Below, one piece after another: positions 1-10,012 of a stretch of 64,000 bases of DNA (positions within the stretch are counted from its first letter, which is position 1; each line of letters opens with the position of its first letter). The DNA is from an uncultured delta proteobacterium (GTDB lineage Bacteria; Myxococcota_A; Polyangia; Fen-1088). Made by a program: the position numbers and the translations under genes. The notes beneath the pieces were generated by a model that did no database searches, had not been told where the DNA came from, and worked only from the letters and a program-made list of their open reading frames with translations. The DNA lies in contig CAVTRY010000011.1 in NCBI GenBank assembly GCA_963737265.1, positions 896,001 to 960,000 of the forward strand, written 5' to 3'.

Positions 1-315
1 AATCTCGGCCTGTGCCCGTTCCAACACTTCCTCGTTGGAGGTGTTCTCCCACTGGACTAGGTCCTCGATTATGCGGAACAATCGCTGCCGCTCCTTCTCC
101 TGCTTTTTCTCGGTCGGGAACAGGTCGGGATGCGAAGAAGGGTCGTCGACCATCTGTGCGAAGATTACTGCTCGCGCTGCGGCTAAAGGCCGTCGCGCCC
201 ACCACAGGTGCAGCGTTGACGGATGCCCATGACGAATCGACTTCTCCCTGGCGCATGCCTTGTTGATCGCCATTAGTGGCAGCGCCACCTCGATGAGCTT
301 CTTCGTTTGCTTCAT
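1..315 (-). CDS. DUF1156-domain adenine-specific DNA methyltransferase, N-terminal part (runs off window start)
   Basis: Manual translation from ATG at 315: [60 protein letters not shown], the typical DUF1156 N-terminus. Not in the ORF track because it is truncated. Confidence 0.9.
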   Translation of the reverse strand, partial: MKQTKKLIEVALPLMAINKACAREKSIRHGHPSTLHLWWARRPLAAARAVIFAQMVDDPSSHPDLFPTEKKQEKERQRLFRIIEDLVQWENTSNEEVLERAQAEI

Positions 316-509
316 TCGGTCTCCGTCTCGGACAGGGCATAGAACTCGTGCAGCTTGGCCTGGAGCAATTTCTTGTCCGGCAGCCGCGTCTGGTATTCCA
401 CCACGGCGCGTTCGCGCGCGTCCCGGATCAGCTCGACGACCTGGGCGAAAGCCTGTTGTTCGTGGTCTGGCGGAATCGACGGGGGTTCAGACAACTCCTT
501 CGAGGTCAC
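312..509 (-). pseudogene. Internally deleted YhcG/DUF1016-family gene remnant (65 aa)
   Basis: N-terminal [16 protein letters not shown] is joined directly to C-terminal [20 protein letters not shown]; both resemble the termini of YhcG/DUF1016 proteins. Overlaps both neighbours by 4 nt. Confidence 0.7.
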
Positions 510-3500
510 TTCGGGGCCTCCGCGCGCGCCAGCAGATCGCCAAAATCGTAGTTCACACTGGTCACGCCGAAGTCGGGCTCGCGCTGGAATGGGCAGCGCA
601 CGTAGTGAACGCGGTGGGTGCCATCCTCGTGGAATTCGACGATGGCCAGGATGAAATCGTCGGGCTTGTTAAGCGAGTAGAGGATTTCGTTCTTGGTCAC
701 GGTGATCGTTTCCGCGCCCGCGACCCGACCTTTGACCTCGATGAAGCGAAGGCTGCCGTTACCAGGAACGCGGCTTTCGATGTCGTAGCCGAGCTTGTCG
801 AACTCACGGTCGGTTGGCTCGAAACCGAGGTGACGCTCGACCTCCATCACCGCCGCGCGTGCGCGAGCGGCAGATGCCTGGGTGTCGGCGGTGCGGGCCG
901 GTGTCGGCAGCGGCTTGTTCGACATCTGCGCCAGCAGGCCCACGGGGACGATCAGCAGCCCGCCAAGCGCGACCGGAGGAAGGGGAGAGATCTGGCGCTC
1001 TTGCTGCAATTCCGCCATGCGTTTCTCCAGGCGGGCCTGGAGTCCATCCGCGCGCTTTCGAGCTTCGCCCGAATTGAGCTTGGAGTTGCGCTTGCCCGCC
1101 TGCTCCTGCGATTTCAGCTCCTCGGCGCGGTGATCCCAATAGACGATTTCCTTGGTCAGCCGCTCCTTCACCGCCGCCTCGGTCTTGGCAATGAGTTCGA
1201 GCTTGCGCTTGAGGATCTCTTGCAGGTGCTCGGGGACCACGTGCTCGACCGCGTAGCCCTGGGCCTTCTGCTCCAGGTCGCCGCCGATCCATGCGCATTC
1301 GGGTCGAGCCAGGATCGCTTCGACGCCAGGCTCGTCGGCCTTCAAGGGGCGATAGTCCAGGTAGGGGGCGTAGTGGATGTGCCGGGCGTCGCCTGACGAA
1401 GTGAGTTCCACGTAGAGCATGCGCTTGGAAACGACCCTGCGCTCTCCGGCGCGCGTGAGTCCGGCGTCCTGAATCGCGTGCTCAAGGTAGAACAGCACGC
1501 GCGGCTGGACTCCTGGATCGCGTTCATCGACCAGGATGGTGCCCCGGCGCAGGAGATCGCGGTGGCGTTCAAAGGTCAGGTCGATGGCGGCATCGAGCAA
1601 GGGATGGCCGGGGCAAACGAAAGCGGCGAGCGTCTGGCCTTGCGGCGCGACCAGATCCTTCTCGAAGGCGATGCGCTCGTAGCGCGGCAGAATTCGCTCG
1701 CCATGCCCAAGGGCGTGATCACGGGTGCGCACGGGCGCAGGAACGTGGGTGATCTCATATCGGCGCGACTCGCGCTGCTTGGCCGTCCCGCCCAGGCGCT
1801 GAAACGCTTCCAGGAAGAACGACTCGATGTAGTGCGGTTGTAGCCGCCGAGCCTCGGCGCGCTCCATGTCCTCGCGGATGCGGTGAATGCGGCCAGCGTC
1901 CATGGCATCGTGAACCAGGGCGTGGTCATCGAGCAACGACTCGATGGCCTTGCGGTCGAAAACGCTGGCCACCGTTTGGGTGAGGTGCGCGCGAACCTCC
2001 GGCCGCTCGCCGAAGCGGATCGCCTCGATCAGCAATTCACGCAGCGGTTTGCCCTCGAACTGGAGCTTGCCCAGCACGTCGAAGACTTGGCCGCCGAGGG
2101 ACTGGCGCGCTTGTTCAAGCTTTTCCAGCAACGTGCGATACACGTCGCCCTCGCGGGTTTCCTCGGCTACCAGGTTCCAGAGGTGGCAGGGCTCTTTCTG
2201 GCCGATGCGGTGGATGCGGCCGAAGCGCTGCTCGATGCGGTTCGGGTTCCAGGGCAGGTCATAATTCACCATCAGGTGGGCGCGCTGGAGGTTCACGCCT
2301 TCGCCAGCCGCATCGGTGGCGAGAAGAACCTTCACCACTGGGTCGTGCTTGAATGCTTCCTGCGCCTTTGCTCGTTCCTCGCGCCCCATGCTGCCGTGGA
2401 TAGCGACGACGGCATCCGGACCAAGAGGCGTGGAGATGCGGTCTTGCAGGTAGTTCAGGGTGTCGCGGTGCTCGGTGAAGATGATGAGCTTCTGGTGGAC
2501 AGATGGCACCGGGCGCGGAATATCGCCTGCCCCGTAGGGCGATTCAGGCTCACCAGCGCGACCGGCGGTCGCCGCCGTGGTGAAAATCTCCGAGAGCAGG
2601 CCCGACAACTCTCTCCACTTCTTGTCTTCGCCGCTGCGACGAACGGCGGAGGCCATGGATTCCAGGCGCTTGAGCGTATCGATCTCGGCTTTCAGCTCGG
2701 TGATGGTGCGAGAAGCAGTGGCTTGGTCGAGGATCTCCGCCTCGGCGACCTCGACCTCGTTCTCGGGCGCGTCCTCCAGATCCTCGACATCCTCGTCATC
2801 GAGGTCAGGCTCGGCCGTGGGGATGGTCTGGGCGAGCTTTCCACTGCGCTGGAGAAGCTCCATCTCGCGCAGTCGAGATTCGAGACGTTCGCGGCGACGG
2901 CGCAAGGATTCGCTGATGGCTGCGGGCGAGGAAGCCAGGCGGCGTTGCAGAATCGTCAAGGCGAAGCCGACGGTGCCAGCGCGTTTGTCGTTCTGGAGCT
3001 TTTCGGCTCGGTTGAACTCTTCGCGCACATACTCGGTGACGGCCTTGTAGAGAGCCGCCTCGGCGTCGGAGAGCTTGTACGGGACGGTGTAGGCGATTCG
3101 CTTCGGAAAGATTGGTGTGGCGTCGAACTTGAGCAGGCTTTCCTTGGTCATCCGGCGCATGAGATCCGATACGTCCGGCGTCTTGGAACCATCGCGAACG
3201 CGGCCCTCGAAGCGGTCGCCGTCGAGCAGGGCCATGAATAGCTGGAAGTCCTCTTCCTTACCGTTGTGCGGGGTCGCGGTCATCAGCAAAAAGTGCCGCG
3301 TGACCGTCGAGAGCAACTGCCCGAGGAGGTAGCGCTTCGTGTACTTGACCTCGCCGCCAAACATGCTGGCCGACATCTTGTGGGCCTCGTCGCAGACCAC
3401 AAGATCCCAGCGGCAGTCGGGCGCGCTGAGCTTCGCTTGCACCTCCGGGTTGCGAGAGAGCTTGTCGAGCCGGGCGATGGCCAGGTTTGTCTCCAGGAAC

Positions 3501-4084
3501 CAGTTGCCCGAGCGAGCGGCTTCGAGGTTGTCGTTGGTCAGGATGTCGAAAGGCAGGTTGAACTTCTTGTAAAGCTCGTCCTGCCACTGCTCGGCGAGGG
3601 AACCGGGGCACACGACAAGGCAGCGTTGGAGATCGCCACGGGCGATCAGCTCTTTCATCAGCAACCCGGCCATCACCGTCTTGCCCGCGCCTGGGTCATC
3701 GGCCAGTAGGAAGCGGAGCGGCATTCTCGGCAGCATGGACTCGTACACCGCCGTGATCTGGTGCGGGTAGGGATCGATCACGGAGGTGTGAACGGCGAGC
3801 ACCGGGTCAAAGAGATGGGCCAGCCTGATCCGGTGAGCCTCGGATACCAGGCGGAACAAGGCACCGTCACCGTCGAACCCCCAGGGACGGCCCGCCTGCG
3901 CGACTTCGAGCTGCGGCTCGTTGTGGCGGTAGAGGAGCTGGTTCGCCACCCGCCCGGAGGGATCTTTGTACGTCAGCTCCAAGGCCGACGAGCCAAACCA
4001 CTTCACATTCACCACGGTGACCAAGGCGTCTGGCAGGACTCCCCGCACGGCGGCGTTAGGGGCAAGGTCTTCAAGTTTGGTCAT
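506..4084 (-). CDS. SNF2-family helicase with C-terminal DUF3883 (NO VEIN-like) nuclease domain
   Basis: LADDPGAGKT, DEAH, TATPH, ATDAAGEGVNLQ and QRFGRIHRIGQ helicase motifs; C-terminal GYDIES...FIEVKG. Confidence 0.92.
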   Translation of the reverse strand: MTKLEDLAPNAAVRGVLPDALVTVVNVKWFGSSALELTYKDPSGRVANQLLYRHNEPQLEVAQAGRPWGFDGDGALFRLVSEAHRIRLAHLFDPVLAVHTSVIDPYPHQITAVYESMLPRMPLRFLLADDPGAGKTVMAGLLMKELIARGDLQRCLVVCPGSLAEQWQDELYKKFNLPFDILTNDNLEAARSGNWFLETNLAIARLDKLSRNPEVQAKLSAPDCRWDLVVCDEAHKMSASMFGGEVKYTKRYLLGQLLSTVTRHFLLMTATPHNGKEEDFQLFMALLDGDRFEGRVRDGSKTPDVSDLMRRMTKESLLKFDATPIFPKRIAYTVPYKLSDAEAALYKAVTEYVREEFNRAEKLQNDKRAGTVGFALTILQRRLASSPAAISESLRRRRERLESRLREMELLQRSGKLAQTIPTAEPDLDDEDVEDLEDAPENEVEVAEAEILDQATASRTITELKAEIDTLKRLESMASAVRRSGEDKKWRELSGLLSEIFTTAATAGRAGEPESPYGAGDIPRPVPSVHQKLIIFTEHRDTLNYLQDRISTPLGPDAVVAIHGSMGREERAKAQEAFKHDPVVKVLLATDAAGEGVNLQRAHLMVNYDLPWNPNRIEQRFGRIHRIGQKEPCHLWNLVAEETREGDVYRTLLEKLEQARQSLGGQVFDVLGKLQFEGKPLRELLIEAIRFGERPEVRAHLTQTVASVFDRKAIESLLDDHALVHDAMDAGRIHRIREDMERAEARRLQPHYIESFFLEAFQRLGGTAKQRESRRYEITHVPAPVRTRDHALGHGERILPRYERIAFEKDLVAPQGQTLAAFVCPGHPLLDAAIDLTFERHRDLLRRGTILVDERDPGVQPRVLFYLEHAIQDAGLTRAGERRVVSKRMLYVELTSSGDARHIHYAPYLDYRPLKADEPGVEAILARPECAWIGGDLEQKAQGYAVEHVVPEHLQEILKRKLELIAKTEAAVKERLTKEIVYWDHRAEELKSQEQAGKRNSKLNSGEARKRADGLQARLEKRMAELQQERQISPLPPVALGGLLIVPVGLLAQMSNKPLPTPARTADTQASAARARAAVMEVERHLGFEPTDREFDKLGYDIESRVPGNGSLRFIEVKGRVAGAETITVTKNEILYSLNKPDDFILAIVEFHEDGTHRVHYVRCPFQREPDFGVTSVNYDFGDLLARAEAPK

Positions 4085-4466
4085 TGGTTTTGTCTCGGCG
4101 AGGAGGTGAGCGGCGGTGCTCAGGTCATCTGGGAACCGACGCGCATTTTACGCGCAAGGGCGGATGCAGCGGGGAAGAATCGGCAAACCGAAGAGGCGGC
4201 GGAAGGCGTCTCTTTGACGCGACTTCTTGGGATCTGACGCGCCTTCGATCTTCACGTGTGATGGTCCATCGTAGGTCACCGATCCCTAATCAATAGAGAC
4301 AGTAGATGGACCGGGTGTGCGACTGCGCTCAGGTGTTGTTGCACGAGCGCACGGGTATTGCGCCCAATTACAGTCCGGCATTGTTCAGCGACTGGGGCTC
4401 TCAATTGCAAACCCGCCAGAGACTCAGCGCCTGACTGGTTTAATTAGTAGGGTCTGTAATACTTAG

Positions 4467-5297
4467 ATGCATGAACCGAACGATGAGGAGATGGTGTCTT
4501 GTCTGCGAGGCGGCCTGCAAAGAGAACACACTGTTCTGCTCGCCATGATGGCCTGGCGTTGTGTTGCCTGCGGTGCCTTCTACCAGGGGCATCTTCGCGT
4601 CTGCACCTCCTGTTGGCGGGATGGACAGATCGCTCCGTGCGGACATCGCCAGAGTGCAAATATCGACCACGTCCCGGCAACAAGCAATGCTCGCTCCCTC
4701 GCGCGCATGGGATGGAGCCGCCTCAAACATCCCGGCAGATATGAAGCCCTGATTCTTGGCGCCGGCGCTCTCCTGCTCGTGAGCGGTTTTCCAGGGGCGG
4801 GCAAGTCAAGCTGGGCGTGTATCTTGCTCGACGCCATCGTCGGCCCTGTGCTCTTGGTCGCCGCCGAGGAGGGCCTGGGTCCATCGCTTTCCGCGCGACT
4901 TTCACGCTGCGGAATCAAGCGCCAGGACTTCTACATCATCGCTCGGGCAAGCGTCGATGCTGTGGCGGAGTACGCAATCGCGAACAAGGTGGTCGCCATC
5001 TTGATCGACAGCGTTCAGGAGGCTTCCTGGTCCGCACAGGACCTACGCCACTTGCTCGCCGTGGTGCCAACGCTGGACCTTTTGATTGGCGTCCAACAAG
5101 TCAACAAGGAAGGCGCGCCCGCCGGACTGATGGCCCTCCAGCATGAGGCCGATGTCCAGGTGACCGTCGAAGTCATGCAATGGTCGTTGAAGAAATCTCG
5201 CTACCAAGATCTCGCCAGTGTTGGCGGTGAAGTTTTGCCGAGGCGTGATCCAGAGATCACCGCAAATGAAAGGAACCTGTCCGATGTTGACACATAG
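4467..5297 (+). CDS. RadA/Sms-like ATPase (C4 zinc finger + RecA-type ATPase, no Lon-like C-terminal domain); start probably near 4545
   Basis: CVAC..CTSC, GFPGAGKS, AEEG, ILIDSVQ, VNKEGAPAG..LQHEAD, and KSRY in place of KNRFG. Confidence 0.75.
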   Translation: MHEPNDEEMVSCLRGGLQREHTVLLAMMAWRCVACGAFYQGHLRVCTSCWRDGQIAPCGHRQSANIDHVPATSNARSLARMGWSRLKHPGRYEALILGAGALLLVSGFPGAGKSSWACILLDAIVGPVLLVAAEEGLGPSLSARLSRCGIKRQDFYIIARASVDAVAEYAIANKVVAILIDSVQEASWSAQDLRHLLAVVPTLDLLIGVQQVNKEGAPAGLMALQHEADVQVTVEVMQWSLKKSRYQDLASVGGEVLPRRDPEITANERNLSDVDT

Positions 5298-5625
5298 ATG
5301 CGTCTATTGCCTGACCAACAACAGTTCAGAAGTAAGGTTCGACAAACGAGGCAAGCCGTACACGACCTGTCGCGCATGCGGATCTCGATCCTTCTTCCAA
5401 TCCATTCACGCTTGCCGAGGCTTGGCAGTAATGCCCGACCTACTCGAAGAAGCCATGAGAAAGCGCGAGGCTGACAAAGACTACTGCAAGGAATTCGACG
5501 ACAAGATTGCAGCCATGGTCGCGCAGGTGAGCAGTGTGCTTGCAGCTCCCGCTGCGCTGCCGCAACTGCCCGTGGCTGGCGGGATGAACCGCCCACTGAT
5601 GGAACCATACCGGGAGGCAAAGTGA
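5284..5625 (+). CDS. Small zinc-ribbon protein
   Basis: CVYC...CRAC pairs; overlaps neighbours in operon fashion. Confidence 0.6.
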   Translation: MLTHRCVYCLTNNSSEVRFDKRGKPYTTCRACGSRSFFQSIHACRGLAVMPDLLEEAMRKREADKDYCKEFDDKIAAMVAQVSSVLAAPAALPQLPVAGGMNRPLMEPYREAK

Positions 5626-5978
5626 TGGCAAAGCTAACGTCGCAAGAACTCATCGCGATGGCGAGGCAAACAGACCTTTCAACCACTGCGCCTTTTCAGC
5701 AGCCACGAGGTCTATCCGTCCCGACGCCCAAACCGCCCGCCGATTCTGCTGCCACTCCGGGCGTCGAGGACTCGGCCGAAAGGGCTGCTCAGAGAGCCAT
5801 GCTTATCGCCAAGGTCCGAAAGCAACAGGAGGAGCTGCCCATCGTGGCTGCCGACCAAGCATTCCGTGGTGCCGTAGCTGGCGGCATCGCTGGACTGGGT
5901 TGCTTGCTTCTGCGGGGCCTTTTCATGGCAACGCCGCCAGCGAGCGCACCGCCGGAGGAGGAATACTACGATGAGTAG
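5622..5978 (+). CDS. Hypothetical protein with glycine-rich hydrophobic segment
   Basis: GGAGG RBS, GTGA overlap, GAVAGGIAGLGCLLL segment. Confidence 0.55.
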   Translation: MMAKLTSQELIAMARQTDLSTTAPFQQPRGLSVPTPKPPADSAATPGVEDSAERAAQRAMLIAKVRKQQEELPIVAADQAFRGAVAGGIAGLGCLLLRGLFMATPPASAPPEEEYYDE

Positions 5979-6189
5979 CCCACTCGGATTCGCGCAGTCG
6001 GCGGTGAGTGTAGTTCTTGGCCGTGACCACCTCGTAGGGCGAGATCTCGACGAGATGTCGATCCCCGAGTTGGAGGCGCGGGCGGCTGTGAACGAGGACC
6101 GACTGCGTCTCGCCCGCCAGGCCGGTTGGATCGCTGGCTTCGGCGGCGGCCTCCTCGGCACGCTCAGCGTGGCGAAGATGATGAGGTAG
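5971..6189 (+). CDS. Small hypothetical protein with C-terminal glycine-zipper-like TM segment
   Basis: GGAGG RBS; AGWIAGFGGGLLGTLSV. Confidence 0.55.
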   Translation: MSSPLGFAQSAVSVVLGRDHLVGRDLDEMSIPELEARAAVNEDRLRLARQAGWIAGFGGGLLGTLSVAKMMR

Positions 6190-6248
6190 ACTGAAGGTTG
6201 GCCACGGAACTGATTTCCACACCGGAATAATCCGTGTACCCCGAGTTA

Positions 6249-7370
6249 TCAGTCGACCTCCGCTACCTGCGAAGGCCAAACACAGCTTCCATAGCCAATG
6301 TCTTGGGCCTGGGGCGCACGCTTCTTCCCTGGGTCGTGTGGCACATACTCCACACGAGGTGCGAGCAGGAGGCGAATGAGAGAGGGATTCAGTCCAGCGG
6401 ACGAACGAGTTCTGATCTTCCACAACAACTGCGCGATTTCTTCCGTGCAATTTAGCCATCCCGCCACATCCTCTATCGTGCATGCAAAGACAGGTGGGTC
6501 AAAGTGGTTGAGGTGGTTCCGCACATATTTGAGCCTCTTTAGTGCGTTCAGCTCCTTTTCGACATTGTCGAGCGCCTTGCCTGTGATTTTGTTGACCCAC
6601 TTAATCTTGTCCAAGAATCGGCCGACTGTTGGCGGCCCCACTTTCTCTTCATCAAACCTCCAACCCATTGCAAATTTGTCGTACTTACCTTTGTAGTAGA
6701 GCTGATGAAGCGTCGTCTCCACGACCGACACTGACGAGTTCAAGTAACTGAGCAGGTCGTGCATCCAGTCGGAGTCCAACGCAAGCATTGTGTCGCTACG
6801 TTCAACCAGGCTCGTTCGGACCTTGAGAACGAGTCCCTGGAGAAACCCTTGCATAGAAGAGAAGGCGATTCCCTCGCGATCAATCTTTGGAACCAAGGGG
6901 AATTCTTTTCCATTGGAGCTTGGCAACTCAAAGACCAGTGATGGAGGCTCTGCTTGGTTGCCAAGCGCTTGGAAAGACAAAGCGATAACCACCGATGAAT
7001 CGATCCAACATTCGCGCGGCTGTGGTCCATTGGAAGGCCAACTGCGATTGGCCACAAGGTCACGTACAAGGTCGCCGAACCTCATCCGTATGACTTGCAC
7101 CTGCCCTTTCTTGTCTTCCCACTTGATGGTCATTTGCGCTTGCTTTTCCCATCTCTTTCGACTCCACGTATTGCCTGAGATCTGGTTCATGACTTCGACG
7201 GCGATCTTTGCTGCAAGATCTTCCCTTGCGTACCCTGGAGTAAAGCGCAGCGGCTTGTATCCGTTGGCGATGAACGCCGATGAATGTGACGTGTCGAAAG
7301 TTGCCGTCATCAAAGCCCTCCAATTCATGTTGGACTGCCAGCTCAACCAGCGCTGAGCGTAACATGCCAA
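6249..7370 (-). CDS. Hypothetical protein with probable HEPN-type RxxxxH motif (start probably ATG 7328)
   Basis: 373-aa, lower-GC ORF; KYVRNHLNH in a helical C-terminal region. Confidence 0.6.
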   Translation of the reverse strand: MACYAQRWLSWQSNMNWRALMTATFDTSHSSAFIANGYKPLRFTPGYAREDLAAKIAVEVMNQISGNTWSRKRWEKQAQMTIKWEDKKGQVQVIRMRFGDLVRDLVANRSWPSNGPQPRECWIDSSVVIALSFQALGNQAEPPSLVFELPSSNGKEFPLVPKIDREGIAFSSMQGFLQGLVLKVRTSLVERSDTMLALDSDWMHDLLSYLNSSVSVVETTLHQLYYKGKYDKFAMGWRFDEEKVGPPTVGRFLDKIKWVNKITGKALDNVEKELNALKRLKYVRNHLNHFDPPVFACTIEDVAGWLNCTEEIAQLLWKIRTRSSAGLNPSLIRLLLAPRVEYVPHDPGKKRAPQAQDIGYGSCVWPSQVAEVD

Positions 7371-7581
7371 TAAGTTGACGTGTGCTAGTTTCAGGGCAAT
7401 GCAGATGCTGGCGCGCTATCATGAAGTTGTGCTCCAAGGCTCCACCGGCCGCGCCTTCTTGCCTCGGAACCCGATCTGTTTCTCTGACGGAACGGGCAAC
7501 AGGTTCCAGACAACCGGGTAGAGCGACTGGATGTTGACTGCGGGCTAATGAACCGCCGCGAATTCGCTGTAGGACACCCTC

Positions 7582-8919
7582 TTAGACTTCAAGGAACTCC
7601 AGCAGGTCCGCGAGGTAGGTCTGGGACGTGTGAAGGAGTCCGCCAAGATAGACACGGCACAATCCGTTCTTGCTCGTCCACCGGTCCTGGTAGTCGAACA
7701 TCTGGTCGAACCAGGTGTCATTGTCTTCGCTCCAACCCTTGATAGCCAGGTTTTCCGGCATTCGCTCGTGACTGTGACGCATCTCTTGCCACTTATTTTC
7801 ACAGAGCAATGTTATGAGGACAACCTTACGCTTCGAGCCGTGCCAACTTGTGAGGCGATGGACTAGGTCGTTGATGTGGACATCGCCAAAGCCGTATCCG
7901 ACGACAACCAGGCGACTGTTGTCTTCCAACCACTTGCCGAAGGTGCGGTAGTAGCTTGCATACGGTTCTGCCGAGAGTACCTTGTCGGGTTTCTGCAAGC
8001 CGGTAAGCATGGGACCAACTATCAGCTCAGCTCCCGACTGGGATTTTTGAGAGGAGCCGTGGCCCCACGATTTCTGGGCCGCTTCGGGATCGTCATGCCA
8101 ATAGAGGTCGTGCCGCGAGTCTTGAAAGGCAAAGCGGTTGATGTCATGGGCACCAGACCTGTATCCCCAGTGGATGCTTCCGTGCAGATGGACCAAGTGG
8201 TTGCCCGGCTGGCGTAGTACGCAGGGCGAGAACCTCTTTGCGTTCTCGCCCGGAATAGGCTGGAATCCCTGGTTCAACTCGGGGCGTGCCATCTCGATAA
8301 GGTTGTCGTAGTTGGTGGTCGCGATGTCCAGCCGGTGCCCGCTTGCAAGGGCGTCCCAGAAATATTGGTATTTCTGCCACTCGTCCGTCATGTCACGGTT
8401 GGGATCATGGCCAGAGAAGATCGAATGGAGGCGACGGAAGAAGTAGTTTGCGGCGGTGGCTGCTGTCATGCCCTCAAAGAGCGGCAGCAATTCCGCGCGT
8501 GGTCCGCCAGTGACAAGGCTGAACATGTTTCTCATGTGGCCACTTCCAGTGGCGCGCCAGGCGTGCTGCATGGTGATGACCGTTTCCAGGCAGTGAAGAA
8601 GATGCTCGAAATTGGGCTCTGATGATGGTGCCCATTGGCCAAGTACGGCCAGCGTCTGCCGTAGCATCTGAAGCTCATCCCGCGTCAGACGCCGATCGTC
8701 ATCTCCAGGTTCTCCTTCGACAAGCCTTTTCGTGGCTTCGGCCGTGCTTGGCACGCCTAGCTCCATCGAGGCTCCGGCCCCCACCAGTACAGTCAACCGG
8801 TCTGGCGTACTCGGAGATTCCCAACCATTGGTGGTGATGCTCTCGTCCATGATGACTCGGCTGCGTTTCGGCCATCGTAGGCGCACGCCACGGGAGGTGC
8901 AACCAAGATGGATCACCAT
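7582..8919 (-). CDS. SIR2-like (SIR2_2) domain protein, putative defence NADase; start probably near 8850
   Basis: VLVGAGAS, ATTNYD, LVHLHGS, VVVGYGFGDVHIN motifs. Confidence 0.85.
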   Translation of the reverse strand: MVIHLGCTSRGVRLRWPKRSRVIMDESITTNGWESPSTPDRLTVLVGAGASMELGVPSTAEATKRLVEGEPGDDDRRLTRDELQMLRQTLAVLGQWAPSSEPNFEHLLHCLETVITMQHAWRATGSGHMRNMFSLVTGGPRAELLPLFEGMTAATAANYFFRRLHSIFSGHDPNRDMTDEWQKYQYFWDALASGHRLDIATTNYDNLIEMARPELNQGFQPIPGENAKRFSPCVLRQPGNHLVHLHGSIHWGYRSGAHDINRFAFQDSRHDLYWHDDPEAAQKSWGHGSSQKSQSGAELIVGPMLTGLQKPDKVLSAEPYASYYRTFGKWLEDNSRLVVVGYGFGDVHINDLVHRLTSWHGSKRKVVLITLLCENKWQEMRHSHERMPENLAIKGWSEDNDTWFDQMFDYQDRWTSKNGLCRVYLGGLLHTSQTYLADLLEFLEV

Positions 8920-9064
8920 GGCTGCGCCCGCAGCCTGCTCGTCCCCAGCGTTTGGCAGCTATTTCTTAGGTGTTGGAGGCCGAACCGTAGTGCCCGCAAT
9001 TCCCGGATTCTGAGGGATCGAGAAGGCGGGCAGCTTTGGTTGCTGTGAATCGCCGACTACTACT

Positions 9065-9715
9065 TTATTGGGCTGCTGGGACTTGGTCAGATCCGTTTTT
9101 TCTGCCATCGACGCACTCCACTCGCGGTTGAGGATCGAAAAACTCAAGACATCGTAGGCGCGCAGCGGGAATCCAGCAACCCCTAGAATGCTCCACCAAC
9201 TTGACAAGGCAGCCGTCATCGCCCGTCACGTATTGTTTTTCAAGGTAAAGATCCTCGGTTCCGGGTCCGGATGAGCAAGAGTCGTTGAAGTAGGCTCCGG
9301 CCACGATGGAACCGTCATCAAGGATCGCGCGCACGAGCACCGCCTCACGCTTACCGAAAAAGTAGGACCATGCCGTCGGTCCGTTTGGATTGGCTCCAAG
9401 TTTTTGTCTGAACCATTCGCCACATCTTCCATCGGAGAACCTGCCGAACAGGAAGCCGGCGGTCATCGGCCAACCCAGAAGGGCCACTACCAGACCGACC
9501 CCAAGCCACCATCTGTTTTCAGGGTGAATCAGAAGAACAAAAGCGGGAACCGCGACGGCATGAAGAAAGGCACTTGAGGTCAATATCCCGATGATCTTCT
9601 CGTTGCCCTCGCGCTTTCTTAGGTGGGTGTAGCGGTCAACGACGCTTTGAAATACGAACCCTGGGATGAGAAAGAGGATGATGTAGGCAATCGAATCGAT
9701 CTTTACGTCTGGCAT
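9065..9715 (-). CDS. DUF6338-like membrane protein
   Basis: LIPGFV N-terminal TM, three hydrophobic segments, PTAWSYFF, DLYLE. Confidence 0.65.
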   Translation of the reverse strand: MPDVKIDSIAYIILFLIPGFVFQSVVDRYTHLRKREGNEKIIGILTSSAFLHAVAVPAFVLLIHPENRWWLGVGLVVALLGWPMTAGFLFGRFSDGRCGEWFRQKLGANPNGPTAWSYFFGKREAVLVRAILDDGSIVAGAYFNDSCSSGPGTEDLYLEKQYVTGDDGCLVKLVEHSRGCWIPAARLRCLEFFDPQPRVECVDGRKNGSDQVPAAQ

Positions 9716-10012
9716 GGCGACTCCTGGTGAAGCAGCTTGTCACAAGGAACACTCCGACCACAAATTCGCGGAACGCGCGCCCATGTGCCCAAAGGGGCGA
9801 TCACCCTTGTGATGCAGCATGGACCTGCTTGATGGTCGCCGCCCGCCATGTGCAGCCGATGGCTTTCCCCGCGCTGGCAGTGCATGCGGAGCATGCAGCC
9901 ACGACGGCGATCTGAACGTGAACCAGCCGTCGGAGATACGCCGACCATGCTCACAGCGCTGGCTGAAAATCTTCTACCCGACGGGATCGTCATGTAACAT
10001 CCAGCGTCGAGG

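Noticed and set aside
260-3709. Long + strand ORFs antisense to the helicase (and similar shadows such as 44227-45477 and 61132-63126)
   Set aside because: GC-rich antisense or alternate-frame shadows of well-supported genes, with no motifs.
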